DNA of 64,000 nt, taken from assembly GCA_964016885.1 (NCBI GenBank), contig OZ024755.1, forward strand, positions 32,550,001 to 32,614,000, written 5' to 3'. Each line of letters begins with the position of its first letter. Position 1 is the first letter of the stretch. A program made the position numbers and the translations under genes. Positions 40,603 through 55,554 of the stretch are shown here, piece by piece. Under the pieces are notes generated by a model, which worked only from the letters and a program-made list of their open reading frames with translations, had not been told where the DNA came from and did not search any database. The stretch comes from Eledone cirrhosa (lineage: Eukaryota).

Positions 40603-41119
40603 TTACATAAAAAGACAATAAAAATAGCAATAACAAAAAGAGTATCTGGAATAAGTATCAGTAGTGATTAAATTAACATATAGGATGAAAACCTGTTGCG
40701 GAAAGACATGTCCTTCTCAAGATTTAAAAGAGAAATCACTTTGTACTTTGTAAAATCTTCAGTACATATTTATTTTAAAAGATTACAAAATATAAAGAAT
40801 TAGAAAGTGTAGTACAATTTAATAGAAGGAAAATGAGGGAAAAATTGATGTTCTTATATAACAAAAGATGGGAAAAAGTTAGGCTTTTATTTGCTGAAGT
40901 TGTTGGCAATGAGTTTTCTTATTTTATTGTAAATGTTAAATTATTTTCTCCTTTTTTTTTGTTTTTAATTTAAAAACATGTTTATTTATTTATTTATTTG
41001 AAATTTTCTTTGACATCTTGTTTTTTTTGTTTTTTTTTCATTGATTATCAGTGAAGGAATATCATAGAAAGGGGAGAGAAGCATTGATGTCAAATTGGAG
41101 GAATTATAGAACAGACACT

Positions 41120-42115
41120 TACACACATACATACATACATACACACATATACACATACATAAACACACACACATATCTCACATTCCCACACACAACACAC
41201 ATACATACATTTACACTCACATACATACATTTACACACATACATACATATATTTACACACACACACACACACATCACATTCCCACACACAACACATCATA
41301 CACATACATACTAACATCACATTCCCACACACCTCACACACCACATTACCACACACAACACATTCCCCCACACACACACAACACAAACACCACATTCCCA
41401 CACACACACCACATTCCCACACAACACGCACACCACATTACCACACACAACACACACCACATTCCCACACACAGCACACATCACATTCCCACACAACACA
41501 CACACCACATTCCCACACATAAAACACACCACATTCTCACACACAACACACACCACATTCCCACACACACATCACACACCACATTACCACACACAACACA
41601 CACACCACATTACGACACACAACACACACACCACACCCACCACATTCCAACACACAACACACCCACCACATTACCACACACAAGACACACACACCACATT
41701 CTCACACATCATACAACACACAGGATATTACCACACACATCACACACCACATTCCCCCACACATCACATTCCCACACATCACACACATTCCTACACACAC
41801 ACCACATTCTCACACACACACCACATCCCCCACACACACCACATCCCCACACACACACCACATTCCCCACACACACCACATTCCCACACACACACCACAT
41901 TCCCCACACACACACCACATCCCCACACACACACTACATTCCCCACACACACTACATTCCCACACACACACCACATTCCCACACACACACCACATTCCCC
42001 ACACACACCACATTCCCACACACACACCACATTCCCCACACAACCACATTCCCACACACACACCACATCCCCACACACACCACATCCCCAAACACTCCCT
42101 CCCTACCACCCACCC
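41120..42115. repeat. CA-rich degenerate minisatellite (ccacattcccacacacaca-like)
   Basis: Directly visible. Confidence 0.9.
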
Positions 42116-42211
42116 CATTTACAAATTTTACATTAAAAAAAAAAAAAAATGTAAATCAAAATGATTTTGAATCCATTTTAATTGGTGAGTTTAATTTTAA
42201 GTAACGAGTAT

Positions 42212-42640
42212 TTATTGTTGTTGTTGCTGTTGTTGTTACTGTTATTATTGTTGTTGTTATTGTTGTTGGTGTTGTTACTGTTGTTATTGTTGATGTTGTT
42301 ACTGTTGTTGTTATTGTTGTTGGTGTTGTTACTGTTGTTGTTACTTGTTACTGTTCTTGTTGCTGTTGTTCTTGTTACTGTTTTTGCTGTTGTTACTGTT
42401 GTTGTTGCTGTTGTTGTTACTGTTGCTGTTATTGCTGTTGTTGTTGTTTTTGCTGTTGTTGTTGTTACTGTTGTTATTGTTGTTGCTGTTGTTTTTGCTA
42501 TTGTTATTACTGTTGTTGTTGTTGCTGTTGTTTTTGCTGTAGTAGTAGTAGTTATTGTTATAGTAGTAGTAGTAGTTGTTATTGTTACTGTTATCATTGT
42601 TGCCATTGTAGTTATTGTTGTTGCTGCAGTTATTGTTGTA
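42212..42640. repeat. Degenerate (GTT/GCT/GTA)n trinucleotide tract
   Basis: Directly visible. Confidence 0.9.
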
Positions 42641-43134
42641 ACACAGAAACAGCCTCCATTTCAAAGAAAACATTTCAAAATGAAATCGAAATGAAAGGCG
42701 ATGGGGAAGACTTCCGATATAGAGAATAAAGAATAAGAATTTATTTTAAAGATAAATGATGCATTAACAATATGGAATAGATCTCAGTAGTGTGTGGGTG
42801 GGTGTGTAGGTGTGTGTGTGTATGTGTGTGTATGTATGCCAGCATAGAAAAACAGGCATAAACTGATAATGATACAATTTTCCAGGAGATTCAATATGAG
42901 AGAGTGTATATCAGGGTTAGCTCTTTTAATTACAGCTATTGCCCATTTGGTAGGCTTCCAGACAGTTTCTGTCCATCCAATTTCACTCACAAGTAATAGG
43001 TGATATTTGCTCAAGATGTCACACAGGGGGTTTGAATTTGTGACCTAATCGTTGCAAAGCAAACCTTTAAACCATTTGGCCATCCTGTATCCACTAAACT
43101 TAAACTAACATAACACAGTAAGGCCATGTTAGAC

Positions 43135-44155
43135 ACTTTACCTTGTCTATAAGAAAAGCCACATCTACCTTGTGTATTATGTATGAGAAAAACTACATCT
43201 ACCTTGTGTATTATGTATAAGAAAAACCACATCGACCTTGTGTATTACATATAAGAAAAACCACATCTACTGTGTGTATTATGTATGAGAAAAACCACAT
43301 CTACCTTGTATATTATGTATAAGAAAAACCACATCTACCTTGTGTATTACATGTAAGAAAAACCACATCTACCTTGTGTTTTACATGTAAGAAAAACCAC
43401 ATCTACCTTGTGTATTATGTATAAGAAAATCCACATCTACCTTGTGTATTATGTATAAGAAAAACCACATCTACCTTGTGTATTATGTATAAGAAAAACC
43501 ACATCTACCTTGTGTATTATGTATAAAAAAAACCACATCGACCTTGTGTATTATGTATAAGAAAAACCACATCTACCTTGTGTATTATGTATAAGAAAAA
43601 CCACATCTACCTTGTGTATTATGTATGAGAAAAACCACATCTACCTTGAGTATTATGTATGAGAAAAACCACATCTACCTTGTGTATTATGTATGAGAAA
43701 AACCACATCTACCTTGTGTATTATGTATAAGAAAAACCACATCTACCTTGTGTATTACATGTAAGAAAAACCACATCTACCTTGTGTATTATGTATGAGA
43801 AAAACCACATCTACCTTGTGTATTATGTATGAGAAAAACTACATCTACCTTGTGTATTATGTATAAGAAAAACCACATCTACCTTGTGTATTATGTATAA
43901 AAAAAACCACATCGACCTTGTGTATTATGTATAAGAAAAACCACATCTACCTTGTGTATTATGTATAAGAAAAACCATATCTACCTTGTGTATTACATGT
44001 AAGAAAAACCACATCTACCTTGTGTATTATGTATAAGAAAAACAACATCTACCTTGTGTATTATGTATTAAAAAAAACCCATCTACCTTGTGTATTATGT
44101 ATAAGAAAAACCACATCTACATTGTGTATTATGTATAAGAAAAACCACATCTACA
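43135..44155. repeat. 34-bp minisatellite, ~30 copies
   Basis: Unit aagaaaaaccacatctaccttgtgtattatgtat. Confidence 0.95.
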
Positions 44156-44699
44156 TAACCTACAGTTACCTATGGTGAGAATTACTGTTATTTGTTTATC
44201 TGGATTACATTAGTAAGAAATTATTACAATTTTAGATGACCGTAGGTGACCGGGTTTGGTCACCATTGTCTAACTCAAATACTAATTCAAGACAAGTCTT
44301 TGTAATTTTGCAAGTATTTCACTGCTATTGTCAAACTATATTTTCCATTTGACATTTTCCAAATGCCCTTTCACTGAAGAGAATCTCTTTGTTGTTGACA
44401 TTGTTGGATTTGTGCTTTCATTTTCTTCCGACCATTACGACTTCTAGCTAGTAGGCCATCTTTGCACTTTCCATTTATATCGATTTTCTACAGAACAAAA
44501 TTTATGAACTAGAAATAAAATACTACTTCAGTCTATACTCTTAGTTACATTGTGTCAGTGTACTTATTGCACTGAAAATGGATACTCACTGACAATATGT
44601 CTGAAATATTGCTACACTACTTATGCAATTATATATTCATTTATTAAGTTGGGTTTTTTTTCTATGCATAAGTATATCATGCTTAAAGAGAAAATGTGT

Positions 44700-45862
44700 G
44701 ATCATCCTCATCATCATCATCATCCTCATCATCATCATCGTTTAACGTCCGTGTGCCACGCTTGCATGGGTTTGGACGGGAGTTTTCCCACTTGAGGCAA
44801 GAGTGGTTGTCTTGCTCGCATAGGACTGTCTGGCGGGTTTTCTACAGCTGGGTGCCCTTCCTAACACCAACCACATTTACAGTGTGGACTGGGAGGTTTT
44901 TACTGTGTTACCTACACGGCCACATTACAGCGTGGACTTTCTGGCGGGTTTTCTACGGCTGGATGCCCTTCCTAACACCAACCACATTTACAGTGTGGAC
45001 TGGGAGGTTTTTACTGTGTTACCTACACGGCCACATTACAGCGTGGACTGTCTGGCGGGTTTTCTACGGCTGGATGCCTTTCCTAACACCAACCACATTT
45101 ACAGTGTGGACTGGGAGGTTTTTACTGTGTTGCCTACACGGCCACATTACAGCGTGGACTGTGTGGCGTGTTTTCTACGGCTGGATGCCCTTCCTAACAC
45201 CAACCACGTTTACAGTGTGGGACTGGGAGGTTTTTACCGTGTTACATACACGGCCACATTACAGCGTGGACTGTCTGGCGGGTTTTCTACGGCTGGATGC
45301 CCTTCCTAACACCAACCACATTTACAGTGTGGACTGGGAGGTTTTTACTGTGTTGCCTACACGGCCACATTACAGCGTGGACTGTGTGGCGTGTTTTCTA
45401 TGGCTGGATGCCTTTCCTAACACCAACCACATTTACAGTGTGGACTGGGAGGTTTTTACTGTGTTGCCTACACGGCCACATTACAGCGTGGACTGTGTGG
45501 CGTGTTTTCTACGGCTGGATGCCTTTCCTAACACCAACCACATTTACAGTGTGGACTGGGAGGTTTTTACCGTGTTACCTACACGGCCACATTACAGCGT
45601 GGACTGTGTGGCGTGTTTTCTACGGCTGGATGCCTTTCCTAACACCAACCACATTTACAGTGTGGACTGGGAGGTTTTTACCGTGTTACCTACACGGCCA
45701 CATTACAGGGTGGACTGTGTGTGTTTTTTTTTGTCGTGACACCTACACGACCTCATTTGTTTCGGCCTGGATGTTGTGGTACCAACATAACTTTACATTG
45801 AAAGGGGTGGTGTGGATGGGGTGGGGGTGGTGGGACGGGGGTGTATTTTGTTAGAGATGCCT
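44700..45862 (-). mobile_element. RTE subfamily 2 3' UTR with an internal 111-bp unit repeated ~8 times
   Basis: ctggcgggtt at 44941 and 45052, continuing to ~45720; (CAT)n tail. Confidence 0.85.
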
Positions 45863-46512
45863 ATATTTGTTTAATTTCTTAAACTTTACTTTTGTCAATT
45901 CAAGAATCTACCAACTAGATCATTATCACAAGGGGTCAGGTCACTATAATTCTGTTAATAATGATTCAAGAACTCAGATAAAAAGAAATTATGAATAAAT
46001 CTCAAAATAAATATCCTGAAGGATTTTATATTCAAATTCATATCAGTAATAGCCTGTATGGTATGATAGCATGCATACCATCAAAATACTTACATAATTC
46101 ATCAAACGAAGGATGCAAATAGTTGCTTTTACTAAGAAAAACAAGTAACACTATTTTCCATTTGCTGTAATATCTCATTGAATATAACCTTTCTGTTTTG
46201 AAACTTATTTTGATATAAAAATGATTGGCATGTAGTAATAATACTGGTTCTTCTTCCAAGAAATATTGCAATGCAGTTTGATGTCAGATGAGTAATACTT
46301 AACCACACTATAGCTGACAAGGATATCTGCAGATTTAGTCATGAATATCTCGAAATGTCATTTTAGTAAAGACTATAATGCTTATAAATATAGAGATATT
46401 AAACTGAATAAAGCAATCAAGAAGATCATGAAATGAGAAAAGGAGTGATCTTCCAGTGGCTTCTTTTAAGTGTATATAATGTTTACATTTAACTATATAC
46501 AGTATAGTAATG

Positions 46513-47064
46513 GTGGTGCATGGGTTAGTGGTTAGAGCATTGGGCTTGCGATCGGGAGGTTGTGAGTTTGATTCTCAGACCAGGGTAATGCGTTGTGTCC
46601 TTGAGCAAGACACTTTATTTCACGTTGCTCCAGTTCACTCAGCTGTAGAAATGAGTTGCGATGTCACTGGTGCCAAACTGTATTGGCCATTGCTTTGCCT
46701 TGGACAGCATCATATATATTGTATATATATATTGTACGTATATATATATTGTCATGTCACTGGTGCCAAGCTGTATCAGCCATTGCCTTTCTCTTGGAAA
46801 ACATCATATATAGTGTATATATATTGTATATATAATGTATATATATATATATATATATATATGTTGTCATGTCACTGGTGCCAAGCTGTATCAGCCATTG
46901 CCTTTCCTTTGGGCATAATCATATATAGTGTATATATATTGTATATATAATGTATATATCTATATATATATATATATGTTGTCATGTCACTGGTGTCAAG
47001 CTGTATCAGCCATTGCCTCTCCTTTGGGCATAATCATATATAGTGTATATATATTGTATATATA

Positions 47065-47107
<43 letters not shown>

Positions 47108-47300
47108 CACGTCACTGGTGTCAAGCTGTATCAGCCATTGCCTCTCCCTTGGGCATCATCAGTGGCGTAGAAAGGGGAGACTGGTATGCATGGGCAACTG
47201 CTGGTCTTCCACAAACAACCTTGCCCAGACTTGTGCCTTGCAGGGAAACTTTCTCGGTGCAAATCCCATGGTCCTTCACGATCGAAGGGGAACTTTACCC
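46513..47300 (+). mobile_element. CORE-type SINE with a different 3' half; internal segment repeated 5 times with (AT)n spacers
   Basis: Same tRNA/CORE head as 17922; gtcactggtgccaagctgtatcagccattgcc repeated over 46662-47160. Confidence 0.75.
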
Positions 47301-47305
47301 ATACA

Positions 47306-47664
47306 TAATTGTTTCTACTTTTTGGCACAAGGCCAGCAATTACCCAGTGCATTACTGGTACTTTATTTTATCGACCCCGTAAGGATGAAAGGCAAAGTCA
47401 ACCTCGGCGGGATTTGAACTCAGATCGTAAAGGGACGTAACTGTGCTGCGAAGCATGGCGTCTGACCCTCTACCGATACTGACTACATACAATAATTGTT
47501 TCTACTATTGGCACAAGGCCAGCAATTACCCAGTACATGACTGGTACTTTATTTTATCGACCCCGTAAGGATGAAAGGCAAAGTTAACCTCGGCGGGATT
47601 TGAACTCAGAATGGAAAGGGCCGTAACTCTATGCGTCAAAGCATGGCGTCCGACCTTCTACCGA
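47306..47664 (-). mobile_element. Two tandem SINE family A copies
   Basis: Sequence match to family A. Confidence 0.85.
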
Positions 47665-48352
47665 ATAATGTTAAAATGACGGAAGCTTATAGGACTATTG
47701 TAGGGGTATTTAAATGAATAAATTCCTGAACTTAATTAGTTAATTGATAGATGTAAATAGCAAAGCAATGGCATTGATAATATAGTTGAGTCCCACATGA
47801 GCGTTGACTAAGTAGATCAAGGATCAAAAACACTCCGGTCATAGCTGCTCCATCTTGTGTTTTTTATTTTATTTCATAGTTTATCTAGATCTGCATAATC
47901 CAATGTGTCCTCTCTTTGTTTAGCTATTGGTGTGTAATTTAAGAGCGATTTGGCTGTTGCTTCTAGCATGTCAAATGATTACCTAAAAGCTCCTTTGTTT
48001 CAGAATTATTATAATAAAATACAATACCGGAGAAATCGTGCAGGCTCCATTTTACACAGGAACAGGGAGCTCAGATAGTATATATATATATATATATAAC
48101 CAGACTCATTAACTGCTTAATGAACACAACCACAAGGATATGGTCCGTACGTGGAAAAGCTGAACTCCCACTGTCACTGCCTCCATCTCTCTTGCCCTCC
48201 CCATCTCTCTGTATAGTGAGCAAATGGGGTCCTACATGCTGGCCTCCTCACAGCCCCGGCAGACAGAATGGAGAAGGCGTTTCCCTCTGGAGGATGGTAA
48301 GGGAGATGTGTTGGAAGAGCCACTCCGGCTTGCGAGGCTCACACCTCCGGCT

Positions 48353-48800
48353 GGCCAGCTCAGCGCCTATGGTGGTAGGTAGGGAGGTAGCCCTAGGGCT
48401 AAGGACACCAGAAGTCTCCACTACTACAGCTAGCCAGCTCAGCACCTATGGTGGTAAGTAGGGAGGTAGCCCTAGGGCCAAGGACACCAGAAGTCTCTAC
48501 TGCTACAGCTAGCCAGCTCAGCACCTATGGTGGTAAGTAGGGAGGTAGCCCTAGGGCCAAGGACACCAGAAATCTCTACTGCTACAGCTAGCCAGCTCAG
48601 CACCTATGGTGGGAAGTAGGGAGGTAGCCCTAGGGCCAAGGACACCAGAAATCTCTACTGCTACAGCTAGCCAGCTCAGCACCTATGGTGGGAAGTAGGG
48701 AGGTAGCCCTAGGGCCAAGGATACCAGAAGTCTCCACTGCTACAACTAGCCAGCTCAGCACCTATGGTGGTAAGTCGGGAGGTAGTAGCCCTAGGGCCAA
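48353..48800. repeat. 79-bp tandem repeat, ~5.6 copies
   Basis: gccagctcagcacctatgg at 48433, 48512, 48591 and onward; follows an interspersed repeat also seen inverted at ~12740-12820 and ~51810-51925. Confidence 0.92.
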
Positions 48801-48929
48801 CATTATTATAATGCTAGATGTATATAATTGTTTCTACTTTTGGCACAAGGCCAGCAATTATCCCAGTGCATTACTGGTACTTTATTTTATCGACCCCTCA
48901 TCCAGATACAACAATGAGAAAGTGATGGT

Positions 48930-49225
48930 TCTGAAATATATTATTATGAAGTGCAGATGAGTTGAGAGAAAAACTGGATATAAAAAAATTCAGATACAGT
49001 ATATAGGCAAGATGAATGTGTTGGTATAAATAAGTAATGTATTTGGATGATGATTGTTGGTTGAAGAAGTGCCACGAATTCCAAGAAAGAAGGTGCAGAA
49101 AAGGAGAAAAGGAAGACCATGGAAGATGTAGCCAGTGGTGATGAAAGCTGATCTCCGCATACTGAACCTAATAAAGGTGAGGACAAAGGAAATAAATAAA
49201 TGGAGGGATGCTGTGCTACTGACAG
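48930..49225 (+). mobile_element. Old RTE 3' coding fragment
   Basis: DDDCWLKKC...KADLRILNLIKVRTKEINKWRDAVL resembles the RTE C-terminus. Confidence 0.55.
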
Positions 49226-49960
49226 TGGCAACAGAGACAACTATAGATTAATTTTCAACATCATTTATTACAAGGAAAGAAACTCCTTGTACATTTGGTA
49301 GAGAATAAAAGTTTAACATACTTGAATTATGGCTATGATTTCAGATAAAAGATGTATTCAACTGTGAAGTAACAGAAGATTATATAGATTTCTTCAATGT
49401 TTGTGACTAAACAATGTTAAGGTCAGTGTCAATGCTGGACAATGTTTGATATAGACTGAAATAGTTTATGGTTAAAATGAAAAGATAAGCAGAGTTTGTA
49501 GAAGATGACTAGAGTTATATAATTGTTTCTAGTTTTGACTAGAGTTACATAATGCCAGCAAGTAAGGAATATCGGATATATTACATAAGATATCATTTGA
49601 TTGAACCTTCAAATAATAATTTTTGAAAAAGCAATTATGTAACATGATTTGATTCTTTTCAAACATTAAGAGGAATAAGTTTGATTTTCTCATAAATTCA
49701 AGCAAGAGAGCATATCATCATAATCATCATAATCATCATAATCATCATCATCTTTTAACATCCATTTTCCATGCTAGCATGGGTAGGACAGGGTGTCTCT
49801 TGAGAGATCCAGGTCGAAAGGCCATGATTTGTTCACACATAAATCCAGGTTATATGAAGAAACCTTTCATAGCTATCATCCAGTTGAAACCATAACTAAA
49901 TTCTTATTTTTATTTTTACTTTAACTCTTTAGCATTTAAACTCGCTTACAATAATTATAT

Positions 49961-50990
49961 TGGGCGGTGGATTGGCAGTATCGGTGGAGCATCAAACACC
50001 ATACATCGCAGCATAGAGTTATAGCCCTTTACGTTGAGTTCAAATCCTGCCGAGATTAGCTTTGCCTTTAAAACTTATGGGATCGATAAAATAAAGTACC
50101 AGTAATGCACTGGGGGAAATTGCTGGTCTTGTGCCAAACGTAGAAACAATATTTATATTTACACAACTTCCAACTCTGTTCTATTGTTAGTTATCACCAA
50201 AGCTAACTTATTTCTGGATAGGTACATGCCCGCCGAGGTTGACTTTGCCTTTCATCCTTACGGGGTCGATAAAATAAAGTACCAGTAATGCACTGGGTAA
50301 TTGCTGGCCTTGTGCCTATAGTAGAAACCATTATTCTTAGTTATATACACAACTTCCAACTCTGTTCTATCGTTAGTTATCACCAAAGCTAACTTATTTC
50401 TGGATAGGTACATGGCTTGAGTATGAATATAGATCCAAGAATAAGACATGTATGTATATAACTAAGAATAATTGTTTCTACTATAGTCACAAGGCCAGCA
50501 ATTACCCAGTGTATTACTGGTACTTTATTTTATCTACCCCGTAAGGATGAAAGGCAATGTCAACCTCGGCGGGATTTGAACTCAGACCCTGCCAAGGTTA
50601 ACTTTGCCTAACTATTGTCCAACAAATAATTGTTTCTACTTTAGGCACAAGGCCAGCAATTATCCAGTGTATTACTGGTACTTTATTTTATCGACCCCGT
50701 AAGGATGAAAGGCAAAGTCAACCTGGGCGGGATTTGAACTCAGAGGTTGACTTTGCCTTTCATCCTTACGGGGTCGATAAAATAAAGTACCAGTAATACA
50801 CTGAGTAATTGCTGGCCTTGTGCCTAAAGTAGAAACCATTATTCTTAGTTATATACATACATGTCTTATTCTTGGATCTATATTCATACTCAAGCCATGT
50901 ACCTATCCAGAAATAAGTTAGCTTTGGTGATAACTAACGATAGAACAGAGTTGGAAGTTGTGTATATAACTAAGAATAATGGTTTCTGAT
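49961..50990. repeat. Complex direct and inverted rearrangement of SINE A pieces and a ~140-bp unique segment
   Basis: 50160-50228 is duplicated at 50346-50414; 50324-50580 is inverted at 50744-50988; hairpin 50626-50845. Confidence 0.85.
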
Positions 50991-51244
50991 TTAGGTACAA
51001 AGCCAACAATTTTTTTTTTTGGGGGGGGGGGTTGATGGGTCCGTGGGGGATGGGGATTCAGAGAAAAAAACAAAGATTTTTTTCTTCTTGGAGGCTGTTT
51101 ATTTTTCCTTTTTGAATAATGATTTTTGTCAGGTTTTGTTTGCACATGTATGAAATACACACATGTTAATGTTGAGATGTATCAGGTTGAGTGTGTATAC
51201 AAAAGTGTGTGTATGTATGAATATGACATATGCATGTGTGCATA

Positions 51245-51590
51245 GGGTAGGACGGGAACTGATTCTGGCTTGATTTCTACAGCTGGATGCCCTTCCTAAC
51301 ACCAACCTCATTTACAGTGAGTGCTGGGTGCTTTTTTTTCCGTGGCGCCTACACGTCCACTTTACAGTGTGGGCTGAGTGCTTTTTTGCCATGGTACCTC
51401 CACGACTACTTTGCAGTGGAATGATAGGGACCCCAGTCCCTATCATCTCATTTCTACAGCTGAGTAAACTGGAGCAATGTGAAATAAAGTGTCTTGCTCA
51501 AGGAAACAACACATCACCCGGTCTGAGAATTGAACTCACAACCTTTTGATTGCAAGGCCAATGCTCTAACCACTAAGCCATGTGCCTCCA
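51245..51590 (-). mobile_element. CORE-type SINE copy
   Basis: Reverse complement of the 17922 element. Confidence 0.85.
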
Positions 51591-51668
51591 TCTATACATG
51601 TGTAAATATATGACTGCATCTCACAGGTGTTAACTTCACATATTGATCAGTCAAAGCAGATACACATT

Positions 51669-51700
<32 letters not shown>

Positions 51701-52846
51701 CTCAAATAAGGTCATGGTCTAATACACAACAACTATCTTCATACACTAACAACACACACTTTTTTCCCCTCCATTGATGCCTACCATCCTTTCATTAACT
51801 CTCTTTACTGGGGCCGTTGGGTGGCCAGCACGTGGGACGCCATTTGCTCCTAATAGAGAGAGATGGGGGAGAGTGGGAGAGACAGAGACAGTGAGAGTTT
51901 GGTTCTTTTGTATTCGGACCTTGTGTATATGTATATTTCACAGATTAGTTTGAATTATAAGAACATTTTCTATTTCTATTTTTAACCAAGAGAATCCAAT
52001 TGATCTAATCTAGTTCTGGTTTTTTCTTTTCCAAGATGGCTGAATAACAACACACTTTTTCTTCTATCTACTCTTTTCACTGTCTTCTTTTTCTTCTCTC
52101 ACCCAAACAACTCCACTTCTCTCTTTCTCTCTTCCTATGAAGGACAAACATCCGAAAAATTAAGTTAAAACACCACCATAGTATTGTTCTCCAGTGTTGT
52201 TTTTCCTTGAATGCATGTATTATATATAATTTGTGAATTTACTGCACATAGTATTTCTTTCCACTCACCTTTTTTTTTTTATACATTACTAAGTTAAGAC
52301 ACAGCATGCTGTTGCCAGTTTAATTATACTGGTTTGTGGGCCTAGCTGTTCACACTAGCTAATTGCACGTTGGACAGGGTGCTCTCATGTTCAGGGGATT
52401 AGTTCTGAAAATTGGTAACTAGGAAATAGATACTGCAAGGCACTCTTCCAAGGCAATTCAACACTGTAGACTCGTACTTAACCTTTAACATGCTGTTGGT
52501 GAGACAAGGCACTATAGAAAATCCCCCCTTAATAGATAATGCAATGCCAAGAGAAACAATTCATAAAAACTACTAGCATGCTAAAGGTTAATTCCACAAC
52601 CTCAAAAAGATGAAATACAAAGTTGACTTTGAGTAGAGAAAGCCAGAATGAAAACTGCAATGACTTTATTTAATGGCTTGCCTATATCTTTGTTGTATAG
52701 TCCTGGAGTATTATTATATAAATGTTATGTGAGGTAAAACCTTTACTGTGAAAATACAATAGTATATATAGAGTATATACAGAGGGCATGGGATTGGCTA
52801 GAGGGTGGAGGATTGGTGAGGGCGGTGGATTGGCTAGAGGGTGGAG

Positions 52847-53050
52847 GATTGGTGAGGGCGGTGGATTGGCAGTATCGGTAGAGGGTCAGACGCCATGCTT
52901 TGCAACAAAGAGTTACGGCCCTTTGTGGTCTGAGTTCAAATCCCGCCCAGGTTAACTTTGCCTTTCATCCTTACGGGGTCGATAAAATAAAGTACCAGTA
53001 ATACACTGGGATAATTGCTGGCCTTGTGCCAAAAGTAGAAACAATTATTA
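52847..53050 (+). mobile_element. SINE family A copy preceded by reiterated head sequence
   Basis: 36-bp gagggtggaggattggtgagggcggtggattggcta duplicated at 52801-52870. Confidence 0.8.
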
Positions 53051-55083
53051 TATTATATTTTTTCTAAAAAAAAAAAACTTCAAAAAAAACTTCTAAAGAA
53101 TTATACACCTAGCTGCCTTATTTGGCAACCACAGTTTTCCTGAGACATTTATATTGAACCAAATTCTAATTTGTAGAATAAGAAAACATCAGATATCAGA
53201 CATCTAATTTTTGAACATCTTAAGCTTTAAAGCTAAAACACAACTGGTATATTAAAACATCTCTATTGTTGAAAACCACATTAAGTATGGGATGAGTTTG
53301 TGTATGAATGCGTGTGCTTGTGTGCTTGTGATATACATACATATATAAAAACTGACTGAAATATATCAGTAAAGGCAAGGAAGCAATCTGAAGTCATCAT
53401 GAATATTAGGTCTAAGGAGATTTTGTGAATTCAATTGTCTTAAGTAGAACTGATTGCTTCACTTGTGATAAGACTTCTTGGCTCTTTTCCTACATCATTA
53501 GCTATTTTATAAATAAGTTTCAAGAACCATTAAGATAATTTTTGAAATATCCTAATTACAAACTGGAATTTAAAACAGAAAGCAATATACTGAAATTGTT
53601 AATATTATTGTATTAGATTATTTGCCAGAGATGAGTGCTTTGTTGTATTAACTGAAAATTCTCATTTTAAACAACAAGATTACTGTTTCATGACAGTAAT
53701 GAAAAAAAAACAAAACAAAAAAAAAACAGCAAAAACATAAAACTAAATATAAATAAAGAAGAAAGAAACCCTGCCGAACAGAGGATGTAATAATACTGAA
53801 AACAAGCAAAATCTTTTATAATAGAGAAAAACAATGAAAAAAATTATCAATCTTTAAATACTTTGATGTGGGCAAAAGAATAAACATGAAGCTTTGATAT
53901 TCTCTCATACAGAAAAATAGGCATAAATGTCTTGATACTTAAATTAGACTATTACATAGTTTTTAGTAGACATTGGGAATATATCATCATCACCATCACC
54001 ATCACCACTATCATCATCATCATCACCACCATCAGCATCATCGTTTGACATCTGTTTTCTCTACTAGCTAGAGTTGGATTGTCATCACAGACTGGTCAGT
54101 ACTTAAGTAGAGCCTCTGACCTCCAGGTAATCCAGGAGCCTTATATGAAATCCTGTGTTCTACTGAGAGTATTCTGACACCAGCACTAGGGAAGTTGTCA
54201 CGTCTTTGACATAGCTGAAGAGTCCTCCTTACCCTTTATTTGGCAGGTTTTCTATAACTGGATGCCCTTCCTATCACCAATATAGTCCCTGATTAAAAAA
54301 AAGTCTAAATACATTGTAGCCTCTGGTAGAAATAAAATAAAAGCAATATGTATTGGTAGAGTGTCGGACGATATGCTTTGCAGCAAAGAGTTACGGCCCT
54401 TTATGATTTGAGTTCAAATCCTGCCGAGGTTAACTTTCCCTTTCATCCTTACAGGATCGATAAAATGAAGTACCAGTCACGCACTGGGGTTGATTTAATC
54501 TACGTTCCCCTCCCCCAAAATTGCTGGTCTTGTGCCTATATAAGAAACCAATATTTTATTCCGTTTCAATTTCTTGGACCTTATTATGTATATGGCAAGA
54601 TGTCAGTGGTTTAGATGAGATCAATTTGAAGATATTACTTGATCGTATTTCTAAGATGAGTTACTAATTGAATAGTGGATATTGATCTGTCTAACAATCT
54701 CATCTTTTGTATTTCTAATCATGTTATATTTTAATCAGTATACTCATCAATAAATCCATAATATATATTTATATATGCACATGGTCAAGATTACTATATT
54801 GCATATATAACTTGGATGGCCGTATTGCTATCCACCACCTGCGACCTGGTCTCTAGTAGAACAGCTCTGCTGGCACTGATGATGATGATGAGGAGGAGAA
54901 GAACAACAACAACAACTTTGGCCTTTGTGAAGATATTTGGCCTAGTGGTTAGAGTGTTGGACTTACAATCATAATGGCATGGGTTCGATTCCTGCACCAG
55001 GTTGTGTGATGTGTTCTTGAGCAAAGTACTTTAGTTTAGTTCAGTATATTCAGCTGAAAATAAGTACAAGCAGTAGATGGTGG

Positions 55084-55554
55084 CAGTGCCAGATTTAGTA
55101 CAAATGGAGGCACATGGCTTAGTGGTTAGAGCATTGGCCTTGCAATCGAAAGGTTGTGAGTTCAATTCTCAGACCGGGTGATGTGTTGTTTCCTTGAGCA
55201 AGGCACTTTATTTCACATTGCTCCAGTTTACTCAGCTGTAGAAATGAGATGATAGGGACTGGGGTCTCTATCATTCCACTGCAAAGTGGTCGTGGAGGTG
55301 CCACGGCAAAAAGCACCCAGCACTCACTGTAAATGAGGTTGGTGTTAGGAAGGGCATCCAGCTGTAGAAATCAAGCCAGAATCAGTTCCCGTCCCACCCT
55401 TGCAAGCAGGGAAAAGTGGACGTAAAATGAAATGATGATGAAATGATGATGAGGCCCTGTGCTAGTTAAATTATGAGGTCCCTTACATGGGCCCTGAAGG
55501 CCAATGGGGCCCTGTGCTTAAGCACACCTAAGCACAATAGTAAATCCGGCACTG
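55084..55554. mobile_element. hAT-like MITE interrupted by a CORE-type SINE (55106-55450)
   Basis: TIRs cagtgccagattta / taaatccggcactg; TSD not clear. Confidence 0.65.

Noticed and set aside
42178-42694. Poly-T/N/L/V ORFs resembling mucin or membrane proteins
   Set aside because: Degenerate trinucleotide tract open on both strands
43135-44155. 34-bp repeat as a CRISPR array
   Set aside because: No unique spacers; eukaryotic context; no cas genes
44753-45854. 328-aa repetitive ORF
   Set aside because: Arises from the 111-bp tandem unit in an RTE 3' UTR read antisense
46662-47160. Repeat-spacer-like alternation
   Set aside because: Spacers are near-identical AT microsatellite; it is a tandem duplication inside a SINE
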